Shown here in pieces: positions 28,020 to 35,147 of a stretch of 64,000 nucleotides of DNA. Numbering within the stretch: the first letter of the stretch is position 1; each line of letters starts with the position of its first letter. A program made the translations under genes and the position numbers. Under the pieces are notes generated by a model. It made no database searches. It saw only the letters and a program-made list of their open reading frames with translations, and was not told the DNA's origin. The stretch spans positions 149,577-213,576 of the forward strand of contig CAWDLI010000016.1 of the NCBI GenBank assembly GCA_963803245.1, written 5' to 3'. The stretch comes from an uncultured Thermoleophilaceae bacterium. Lineage in GTDB: Bacteria > Actinomycetota > Thermoleophilia > Solirubrobacterales > Thermoleophilaceae.

Positions 28020-28218
28020 CGGGGCCCTCCTCCGGGTCAGGCTCTGCGCCCACCGCTCGCTCCCCCGGCGAGTCAATGCCAGTGATGCCGAAGGTCGCGG
28101 CCGTCTGGTCGCGCTTGCGCTCGATGTTCACGCCGATCAGCGCAGCCAGCGACAGGCCGTGCGCCGTCGCGGGGTCGACAGCCTCCTCAAGCGGCCGGCC
28201 ATCGTCAGGTCCCGTCAT
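28006..28218 (-). CDS. Small acidic hypothetical protein (70 aa)
   Basis: ATG 28218. High GC3. Its stop lies 14 nt inside the downstream coiled-coil gene. Confidence 0.35.
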   Translation of the reverse strand: MTGPDDGRPLEEAVDPATAHGLSLAALIGVNIERKRDQTAATFGITGIDSPGERAVGAEPDPEEGPDGDD

Positions 28219-28351
28219 GTCGTGCTCCAGCGTCTGGGATTGCCGGTTCTTGGAGGACGTGCGGCGCGTGCCGACCCCGTAGGTGGAGGTAGGACCCCTG
28301 GGCCGACACGCAGCCAAGCCAACGCCCCTGGCGCCGTACCTGAGCGCCAAG

Positions 28352-28663
28352 TCATGTCCCACCCCTGCGCTCAGCAAGCTGGTCCAGCGCGTCGACCGCA
28401 TCCGGCCGGCCACCCTGCCGGCGCTCACGGTGATACGCCAACAGCTCACGCATCGCCGCCACGCTGCCGCCACGCGCGGCCTCGCTCAACAGCAACAGCA
28501 CCTCGTGCTTGTCAGGGACAGGCTGGGTCCCTGCCGGGGTGGTCGCCTCGAGGATCGCCCGCTTGATCGCCGCCGTCCGGGACGCCCCCGTGGCCTCTGC
28601 CAGCCGGTCGATGCGGGTCACCAGGACCGGTGAAGCCCTGAACGTGACGTGGGTCCGTGTCAC
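28352..28663 (-). CDS. Ribbon-helix-helix (CopG-like) protein
   Basis: GTG 28663. VTRTHVTFRASPVLVTRIDRLAEATGASRTAAIKRAILEA shows a beta-strand plus two-helix RHH pattern. The C-terminal GGSVAAMRELL motif resembles phage small proteins. Confidence 0.55.
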   Translation of the reverse strand: MTRTHVTFRASPVLVTRIDRLAEATGASRTAAIKRAILEATTPAGTQPVPDKHEVLLLLSEAARGGSVAAMRELLAYHRERRQGGRPDAVDALDQLAERRGGT

Positions 28664-28931
28664 ACGCTCACCACCAGGCGCGCGCGGTTCCTGCTCTCCC
28701 CGGTCCCCATGGGACTCGGGGTTGTGGGGACCCCCCACCGGTGTTTCTCTTGGGGGGTGTCCAGACCGGTCGGCATGTTTTCAAGTTGGACAGCCCTGGT
28801 CCCGATCTTCTTTGCAAGCAAGTAGTCGATAAAGGCAAACCCGTCGTGAGGCGGGGACGCAAAGCCAGAGGTCTCAGAAACGAGATAGCTCGGCCGCCGA
28901 CTCGGACCACACCTTCAAGGAGATTCGAGTC

Positions 28932-29600
28932 ATGGCATTCACTTCCACTCTTCGCGGTCGCGCTCGTGCGCCGCGTGTATTCGCAGTTGCGGCAGTTGGC
29001 CTGATGGCCTTCGCCGGGAACGCCTCGGCCAAGGAGGCCGAGACGACCAGCGCCTCGCGGGCGACCTGTGAGGCCCCGCTGGTCGAGCAGCCGTTCCTGT
29101 CGTTTAAGGATTCCCGCGACTACGTTCTGGCCCCCGGTGGCTCGTTCGAGGACGGCTCGCACGCCGGCTGGTCGCTCGAGGCCGGCGCCGGCGTCGTTGC
29201 CGGAAACGACCCGTTCAACCTCCGGGGCGCTCTGGGCGCTGCGGACAACAGCTCGCTCGTCCTGCCCGCCGGGGCGTCGGCGACGAGCCCGACGATGTGC
29301 GTTGACCTGAACTGGCCGACGATGCGCTTCGTCGCCATCCAGGGCGAGGAGAAGGACTCCGAGCTCGAGGTCGAGGTGCTCTACCCCGAGGCCGAGGAGA
29401 AGAAGGCCACTTGGCACGGGGCCAAGAAGTTCAAGGCCAAGCGCAAGGACGGCTGGCACGCAACCGACGACGTCAAGATGTCGCCCGACCGCGGCGGCAA
29501 GTTCGCCGGAGGCCGCCCCGTCGCGCTGCGCTTCACCAACGACAGCGACCACGGCTCCTGGCAGATCGACAACATCTACGTCGACCCCCACCGCCGCTAA
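28932..29600 (+). CDS. Secreted hypothetical protein (beta-sandwich-like)
   Basis: AAGGAG lies 9 nt upstream. Signal peptide ...VAAVGLMAFAGNASA. An intrinsic terminator follows. Confidence 0.65.
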   Translation: MAFTSTLRGRARAPRVFAVAAVGLMAFAGNASAKEAETTSASRATCEAPLVEQPFLSFKDSRDYVLAPGGSFEDGSHAGWSLEAGAGVVAGNDPFNLRGALGAADNSSLVLPAGASATSPTMCVDLNWPTMRFVAIQGEEKDSELEVEVLYPEAEEKKATWHGAKKFKAKRKDGWHATDDVKMSPDRGGKFAGGRPVALRFTNDSDHGSWQIDNIYVDPHRR

Positions 29601-29630
29601 CCCAGGGCGCAACAAGCAGGACTCGAATTC

Positions 29631-29667
29631 GGAGGCCCGCCACACGGCGGGCCTCCACCTTTTCTGG
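29631..29667 (+). terminator. Rho-independent terminator
   Basis: Perfect 11-bp stem ggaggcccgcc / ggcgggcctcc with loop acac, followed by accttttctgg. Confidence 0.65.
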
Positions 29668-29763
29668 ACCCTCCCGCGACCAGGCGGGATACTCGGCAGG
29701 CGATGTCGAGAAGCGTGGAATCCGCCGTTTGACCGCACAGCGGCCTCGCGGATAGGTTGGGGC

Positions 29764-30273
29764 ATGGTCAACCTCAAGACGACCTTCCCGGTGCTGCTGA
29801 TGGTCTGTCTTCTCGGCGTTGCGGCCTGCGGCGACGAGGACGGAGACGAGGGCGGGACGACTGCGTCCTCGGACGTCAGAACTACTTCGACGACCCCCAC
29901 ACATAGACACGAACCGATCCTGATCAAGACGCACCTCGCTCCCGTCAACGCGGAGGGCGAAACGACGGGCGAGGTCCTGTCCGGATCCACCATCGGCGAC
30001 TCGGCCTTCTGCGCCGGCGGAAGCTTCGCCGATGCGGCTGGGGAGCCCCCAATCGAGTCAGTGGTGAGGACGTTTCGCTGCCCTGGCGGCACCCTGACGA
30101 TTCGCTTCACCGTAACGCCACCCGGCGTGAAGCAACGCGGAGATTGGAAGGTCGTGAGGGGTCTCGTCGGCTTTGAGGGGCTCATCGGTGGGGGCCGGAT
30201 GAGAGCGGTGTCTGAGTCGGAGTCGGGACGCGGTGAGGGACGGGAGACCTTTACCGGGACGGTCACCCGATAG
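29764..30273 (+). CDS. Hypothetical lipoprotein
   Basis: MVNLKTTFPVLLMVCLLGVAACGDEDGD carries a lipobox. The mature part is beta-rich. Confidence 0.6.
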   Translation: MVNLKTTFPVLLMVCLLGVAACGDEDGDEGGTTASSDVRTTSTTPTHRHEPILIKTHLAPVNAEGETTGEVLSGSTIGDSAFCAGGSFADAAGEPPIESVVRTFRCPGGTLTIRFTVTPPGVKQRGDWKVVRGLVGFEGLIGGGRMRAVSESESGRGEGRETFTGTVTR

Positions 30274-30290
30274 CCAAGGTCCTCCAACCG

Positions 30291-30332
30291 GTGGGGCTGT
30301 CGGAGTAGGCGATGTCGCAGGAGAACGTGGAG
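30291..30332 (+). repeat. Cassette junction: orphan SnoaL 3' end (gtggggctgtcggagtag) + 3 nt + SnoaL 5' start
   Basis: The 18-mer gtggggctgtcggagtag also ends the CDSs at 30696..30713 and 31528..31545. The 21-mer atgtcgcaggagaacgtggag recurs at 31147..31167. Confidence 0.8.
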
Positions 30333-30713
30333 GTGGTGCGTCGGATCTTCGACGGCTGGTCGCGGGGCGATTTCAGCGTCGGAGCCGACGTGATGGATCC
30401 CGGCGTTCGCGTCGTCTGGCTGAGCGTCCTCGACGTCGGCGAGGACGAGACGCGAGGGGTCGAAGCTGCGTTCGACAGGATGGCGTATTTCGTGAGGGCC
30501 TGGGAGCACCTGACCCTCACCGCTGAGCGCATCCTTGACGCGGGCGATCGGGTCGCGGTAATCGCGGTTTGGCGCGGGCGAGGGCCGGTGTCCGGCGTCG
30601 CGAGCGAGTGGCGACACGGCCAGGTCTGGACGATGCGTGACGGACAGGTGATAAGCCTCGTGTCCTTCACTGATCCCACCGAAGCCCTCGAAGCCGTGGG
30701 GCTGTCGGAGTAG
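30312..30713 (+). CDS. SnoaL-like / NTF2-fold protein (paralogue 2)
   Basis: MSQENVEVVRRIFDGWSRGDF ... EALEAVGLSE, the N- and C-terminal signatures shared with paralogue 3. Confidence 0.8.
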   Translation: MSQENVEVVRRIFDGWSRGDFSVGADVMDPGVRVVWLSVLDVGEDETRGVEAAFDRMAYFVRAWEHLTLTAERILDAGDRVAVIAVWRGRGPVSGVASEWRHGQVWTMRDGQVISLVSFTDPTEALEAVGLSE

Positions 30714-30810
30714 CGAACTCCTTGAACTCGGCTGTCGATCAGGAGTAGGTTCGCGATGTAAGGCACCGAGCCTGGGTCGGGCTCGTGCGATCGAGTGAGA
30801 GGAGACCCGG

Positions 30811-31095
30811 ATGGCCGTCGTGATCGTGAACGAGATGGAGGGCGGGGGCCAGGACCTCTACGACCAGGTCAACCCGAAGGTTATGGAGGGTGGCAATCTG
30901 CCCGATGGGTGCCAACTCCACATCGCCGGCCCCTACGAGAACGGCTGGCGGGTCATCACGGTCTGGGATTCGGAGGACAGGTTCCAGCAGTTCCGCGACG
31001 AGAAGCTGATCCCCGCGATACGCGAGGCCGGCGGCGAGGATCGAATCGTGCCCCATATCAGCGCGGAGCCGGTGCACAATCTGATGACTGCCTGA
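30811..31095 (+). CDS. Small hypothetical alpha+beta protein (ABM/ferredoxin-like?)
   Basis: 94-aa ORF between the two SnoaL paralogues. The fold assignment is a guess. Confidence 0.5.
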   Translation: MAVVIVNEMEGGGQDLYDQVNPKVMEGGNLPDGCQLHIAGPYENGWRVITVWDSEDRFQQFRDEKLIPAIREAGGEDRIVPHISAEPVHNLMTA

Positions 31096-31124
31096 CCACG
31101 CCCTTCGAGAATGGGCGAAGAGCC

Positions 31125-31167
31125 TGCGGAGCTGTCGGCGTAACCGATGTCGCAGGAGAACGTGGAG
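31125..31167 (+). repeat. Degenerate copy of the SnoaL cassette junction
   Basis: tgcggagctgtcggcgtaa + ccg + atgtcgcaggagaacgtggag, against gtggggctgtcggagtag + gcg + the same 21-mer at 30291..30332. Confidence 0.7.
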
Positions 31168-31545
31168 ATCGTGCACGCCTTTCTTGAAGCCTTCAATAGG
31201 GGCGATGTCGATGCGGCCGTCAGCTTCCTCACGGAGGATCTGGACCTGCGCCCGCCCTCGCATCTGTTGGACGGGGTCGTCTTTCACGGCCATGCGGGCT
31301 TTCGGGCGTGGGCGGAGAGGACGGCGGAGAGTTGGCGCACAGCGGAAGGGTCCGCACGCGAGGTGGCAACCGTCGGCGAGCACCTCGTTATGGCGATTGA
31401 CTACCGGCTGATAGGGCACGGGAGCGGCGTCCCGGTCAACCAGAGCTACTCCGTCGTCTGGACGCTGCGCGAAGGCAAGATCGCCGCCGCCATCGCCTAC
31501 CCCGGCGAACGCGAGGCCCTCGAGGACGTGGGGCTGTCGGAGTAG
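31147..31545 (+). CDS. SnoaL-like / NTF2-fold protein (paralogue 3)
   Basis: MSQENVEIVHAFLEAFNRGDVDAAVSFL ... EALEDVGLSE. Confidence 0.8.
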   Translation: MSQENVEIVHAFLEAFNRGDVDAAVSFLTEDLDLRPPSHLLDGVVFHGHAGFRAWAERTAESWRTAEGSAREVATVGEHLVMAIDYRLIGHGSGVPVNQSYSVVWTLREGKIAAAIAYPGEREALEDVGLSE

Positions 31546-31619
31546 CCCGCCGGGGTTTTTCTCACAGCCGCCGCCCTCCCCGGTGCCGCTTGTGGAGCGG
31601 GTCGGGTTGGCCCCCCAGG

Positions 31620-31784
31620 TCACGCCACAGCCCTCATCGGGTCACGCGCCGGCTTGCCGGACGACTCGTAGGTCGTGAAGCGCTTGCCGCAACAGCTGCA
31701 CTCGCGCCGGCGGCGCACCGCGGATCCCGACCCGCGGGTCTCGAGGACACGCGTGGCGGTGTTGAGGCAGCTAGGACACAGCAT
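31620..31784 (-). CDS. Stand-alone NrdR-type zinc-ribbon protein (54 aa, no ATP-cone)
   Basis: Hand translation gives [54 protein letters not shown]. This matches the NrdR N-terminal pattern M.CP.C......V..(S/T)R.......(I/V)RRRR.C..CG.RFTT.E. GC3 is high. It is below the ORF-track length cut-off. Confidence 0.6.
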   Translation of the reverse strand: MLCPSCLNTATRVLETRGSGSAVRRRRECSCCGKRFTTYESSGKPARDPMRAVA

Positions 31785-31816
31785 CGCGACACACGCTAGG
31801 TCTGGTGACGGGCCCC

Positions 31817-32074
31817 CTACTTCGCACTAGCCGTAGCGTTTCGCTGGCGCTTGCGGGCCCTGTAAGCACGCCTCAAAGCCCGCCGCGACACCGGGTTCTC
31901 CCTCGCATACGCAGTGATGAGCTCCGACGCCTCACCCCTCGTCAACGACCCAGACCGTGCAGCACCGATCCGCTCCAGCATCGCCACCTGACGATCAGTC
32001 GCCGGCCTCCCCCGCCAAGCCGCGTCCTGCCTCGCAGCCGCAGCCTTCTGAAAATCCCTGCCCCTCTTCCCCAA
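31817..32074 (-). CDS. Small basic hypothetical protein (85 aa, TTG start)
   Basis: [14 protein letters not shown]....[10 protein letters not shown] is a helix-hairpin motif reminiscent of DUF3072-type proteins, as I recall them. The start is weak. Confidence 0.35.
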   Translation of the reverse strand: MGKRGRDFQKAAAARQDAAWRGRPATDRQVAMLERIGAARSGSLTRGEASELITAYARENPVSRRALRRAYRARKRQRNATASAK

Positions 32075-32409
32075 CGCTGTGTCCTCCTCGGTGTCCCATG
32101 TGCGGGCACGGTGGGTCCATCCCTCCGGACCAAAACTCGACGTTCATCTCCGCACTCCGCTCACCCCGAGGCTCTGTCCATCCCGGTGCTACCGGGACAC
32201 TCCACGGCTCCCATCGGTGGCTCCCCCGCCTGGCGCCTCTGCCAACTGGCCGGCTGTCCCATCGGGTTCCACCACCGGACGCCTGGCCCCCTTCCTGCTC
32301 GTCCAGAAATCGGGCCTCGCGTTGCGCCGTCGCGGTTCCTCCGCGACCCTCCGGGTTCGCCGGGGGCGGTCGTGCGGTTGTGGGCCGGGCTACCGGCCGT
32401 GCGCCCCGC

Positions 32410-32634
32410 CTACCGGGCGCCGACCTCCTGGCGGACGGTGCGGCGCTTGCCGCAACCACACGTCCATGTGTGGACGACGTAGCGGACCCGGCCGATCGTG
32501 GCCCAGCGGGCCCGCTGCTTGCGTCCCCCGAGGCTCGAGCCGCAACGTGTGCAGCTTGTCGGCACCGTCAGCCCCGTCGCCGGCCGTGAGGTGGTGCCGA
32601 GGTAGGCCGTATCGTCCAATGAGATCGAGGACAT
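32410..32634 (-). CDS. Small zinc-ribbon hypothetical protein (74 aa)
   Basis: ATG 32634. Cys motifs CTRCG and CGCGK. Confidence 0.4.
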   Translation of the reverse strand: MSSISLDDTAYLGTTSRPATGLTVPTSCTRCGSSLGGRKQRARWATIGRVRYVVHTWTCGCGKRRTVRQEVGAR

Positions 32635-32771
32635 GTCGATCTCCTCTCTCGGGGCCTGGCGTGGGGACGCCGGGCCTCGTTCATTGGAGAGGCCGTGTGC
32701 CCCTCCGAAGTCGTTGAAGGGGCGGAGGTCCACGTGCGCACTACGACGGGGAGCGGGACTACGCTGACGGA

Positions 32772-33854
32772 GTGGCGCTAGTCGACGGTCTCCACGTCTA
32801 CGCACATATCGACATGGACGCGTTCTATGTAAGCGTCGAGCTCCAGCGCCGCCCCGAGCTGCGCGGGAAGCCGGTCGTGGTGGCGGGCAGCGGCCCGCGG
32901 GCGGTGGTCACGACCGCCAGCTACGAGGCGCGCCGCTTCGGGATCTTCTCCGCCACACCCGCCGAGCGCGCGCGCCGGCTCTGCCCCCAGGCGGTGTTCG
33001 TCCCGCCCGACTTCGAGCTCTATCGGGCTCGGTCAAAAGACGTCATGGCCGTCCTGCGCCGGCACGTGGAGCGCCTGGAGGTGGTGGGCCTCGACGAGGC
33101 CTACATGGACCTCACGGGCCTCGATCGTCATCGGGCAGCGGCGCGCAGGATCAAGGCGGCCGTGCACGAGGGCACAGGGCTGCGCTGCTCGATCGGGATC
33201 GGGCCGAACAAGCTGGTGGCCAAGGTCGCCTCGGACGCGGACAAGCCGGACGGCTTCCTCGAGCTGACGGCCGCCGAGGCCTGCACCCGCTTTGCGGACG
33301 CGTCGCCCGGGCTCATTCCCGGAATCGGCCCCAAGACGGTTCAGCGGCTCGAAGCCAACGGCATCACGACGCTTGCCGCGCTCGCGGCACAGCCGGACGA
33401 CCCGCTCACGTCGTGGTTCGGCCCGCGGCTGGGCCCGCACCTCGGGCGCCTCGCCCGCTTCGAGGACGAGCGCGACCTCGAGCTGCGGCGCGTGGCCAAG
33501 TCCGAGTCGCGCGAGACGACCTTCGACCGCGACCTCCGCGGGCTCGACCAGATGGAGCCGGTCCTGGAGCAGCTCACGCGCCAGCTCTGCACGACCCTCA
33601 CCGATCAGAGCCGCTCGGGGCGCACGATCGGCATCAAGGTGCGCCTCGACGACTTCACGACCGTCACGCGGGCGCGGAGCCTCGACGCGGCGACCGGAGA
33701 CTTCGACACGGTCTGGCCGGTGGCGCGCGACCTGCTGCGCCAGCTGAACCCCGCCCGGCCCGTCCGTCTGCTGGGCGTGCGGGTGGCTGGGCTGGACGAG
33801 GAGCGGCGGGATTCCCCCGCCGCTCCCGTCGATCAGCTCAGCCTGTCGCTCTGA
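32772..33854 (+). CDS. dinB: DNA polymerase IV
   Basis: HIDMDAFYVSVE, VVTTASYEAR.FG, LDEAYMDLT and SIGIGPNKLVAKVASD motifs. Confidence 0.9.
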   Translation: MALVDGLHVYAHIDMDAFYVSVELQRRPELRGKPVVVAGSGPRAVVTTASYEARRFGIFSATPAERARRLCPQAVFVPPDFELYRARSKDVMAVLRRHVERLEVVGLDEAYMDLTGLDRHRAAARRIKAAVHEGTGLRCSIGIGPNKLVAKVASDADKPDGFLELTAAEACTRFADASPGLIPGIGPKTVQRLEANGITTLAALAAQPDDPLTSWFGPRLGPHLGRLARFEDERDLELRRVAKSESRETTFDRDLRGLDQMEPVLEQLTRQLCTTLTDQSRSGRTIGIKVRLDDFTTVTRARSLDAATGDFDTVWPVARDLLRQLNPARPVRLLGVRVAGLDEERRDSPAAPVDQLSLSL

Positions 33855-34769
33855 TCAGTGAGCGACCCACACGGTGCCGGTGCTCCCGAAGCCGATCCGG
33901 CTCTTCGTGGCGGCCGTGAGGTCCCACTCCCGGTTCCCGGCGTACGGCCCGCGGTCGATCACGGGCACCGTGACCGACCTGCCGTGGTAGCGGATCGTCA
34001 CCTTGGTGCCGCACGGCAGGGTCTTGTGCGCCACGCCGAGCCTCCCGTAGGTGAGCGCCCCGCCGCAGGCGGTGGAGTTGCCGTAGAGCCCGGGCCCGTA
34101 CCAGCTGGCGGCGCTGGGCCGGTAGACGAACACGCGGCCGCGCAGCGTGCGGCTGACCGCGGAGTTGCGCCCGTCGCCGGCGAACTTCACCCGGAGGCGG
34201 TAGCGCCCGGAGCCGCTGGCTCGCCAGGCAGCGCGGTAGCGACCGCCGCGACCCGTGAGGGTGCGGTCGACGGTGCGCCATCCGCGCCCGGTGGCCAGCT
34301 GGAGCCGCACGCGGCGCCCGCCGAAGCCCGGCGCGAGCCGGCCGCGGACCCGGATGCGCTCACCGGAGCGCACGTGCCGGCTGGCATGGCCGGCGAGTCG
34401 AGCCACGACCGTCACGCGGCGAGTGCTCGAGATGCCCTCGGGCGAGACGGCGCGGAAGGCGCCGGACCGCGTGGGGCGCAACCGGAAGCTGTACGCCCCG
34501 GTGCGCGCGGTCGTCTGGCCCACGTTGCGCCAGGCGCCTCCGCGTGGCGCGTATTCGAGCCGCACCACGGCGCCGGCCGCAAGGCGGCCGCTCAGCTCCA
34601 GCCGCTCGCCGTAGCGCAGCTTGGCCTGCTTTCCGGCTCCGGCCAGGGAGACGCCTCCTGTCTGGGCGGTTGCCGGGGCGGCGGTGAGGCCTGTCAGTGT
34701 CATTGCCGCGCATGCACACAGGGCTGCGGGACGCAGTCGACCTGCGCGTGCACGGGCACGCGTATTCAC
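33855..34769 (-). CDS. Secreted RlpA-like (double-psi beta-barrel) cell-wall protein
   Basis: Signal peptide and two Arg-rich Ig-like repeats. The C-terminus ASWYGPGLYGNSTACGG...VAHKTLPCGTKVTI...GRSVTVPVIDRGPY is typical of the RlpA/DPBB domain. Confidence 0.8.
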   Translation of the reverse strand: MNTRARARAGRLRPAALCACAAMTLTGLTAAPATAQTGGVSLAGAGKQAKLRYGERLELSGRLAAGAVVRLEYAPRGGAWRNVGQTTARTGAYSFRLRPTRSGAFRAVSPEGISSTRRVTVVARLAGHASRHVRSGERIRVRGRLAPGFGGRRVRLQLATGRGWRTVDRTLTGRGGRYRAAWRASGSGRYRLRVKFAGDGRNSAVSRTLRGRVFVYRPSAASWYGPGLYGNSTACGGALTYGRLGVAHKTLPCGTKVTIRYHGRSVTVPVIDRGPYAGNREWDLTAATKSRIGFGSTGTVWVAH

Positions 34770-34789
34770 GGTGTTGGGTTCCCTTTCCC

Positions 34790-34945
34790 GACCCTCGCCT
34801 GCGGGGTTAGCTGACGGACTCGGGCGAGGTACGTCGCCCTAAGAGCGGATCACCGCTCCATTCGCCCCTGCCGAGCGTCTGAGCTCGGCCTTGGTTCCCC
34901 CGCCCGCTGCCCTGAGGTGGTCAGCGGCTCGGCCAGGCCGATCGA
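34790..34945 (-). promoter_or_regulatory. ydaO-yuaA type c-di-AMP riboswitch in the leader of the RlpA-like gene
   Basis: The minus strand reads ...GGGGGAACCAAGGCCGAGC...GGCAGGGGCGAAUGG...CCCGAGUCCGUCAGCUAACCCCGCAGGCGA. The B. subtilis ydaO 3' core, as I recall it, is CCCGAACCCGUCAGCUAACCUCGUAAGCGU. The boundaries are approximate. Confidence 0.7.
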
Positions 34946-34957
34946 ACAACTGTTCGC
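34942..34957. promoter_or_regulatory. LexA (SOS/Cheo) box-like palindrome TCGAACaactGTTCGc
   Basis: Matches the actinobacterial SOS box TCGAAC-N4-GTTCGA in 15 of 16 positions. On the minus strand it lies immediately downstream of a TAGGGT -10-like hexamer (34958..34963). Confidence 0.45.
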
Positions 34958-35147
34958 ACCCTAGAGAGGGAACTGGACGTTTGTGTGAGCCTCGTCACGC
35001 TTCGCGGAGCGCCGGGGGGCGGCGAAATCGTCGCTATCCCGCTGCTGGAGCGAAACAGCCTCTTCGCGGCGAAGTTCTCCGACGCGCCAACCCGCTGTGG
35101 CTGCGCTACGGTGCTCGTTCTTCGCCCCGTTTCCCTAGGAGGACGCC

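Noticed and set aside
28668-30617. 649-aa minus-strand ORF, the longest in the island
   Set aside because: It runs antisense to three plus-strand genes that have an SD, signal peptides and a terminator. Its sequence is Arg/Pro/Gly-rich and has no motifs. This is a typical shadow ORF of high-GC DNA.
31805-32717. Three overlapping plus-strand ORFs (31805..32482, 31957..32589, 32079..32717)
   Set aside because: They are extremely Pro/Arg/Ser-rich and have no motifs. They lie antisense to the better-supported zinc-ribbon mini-genes.
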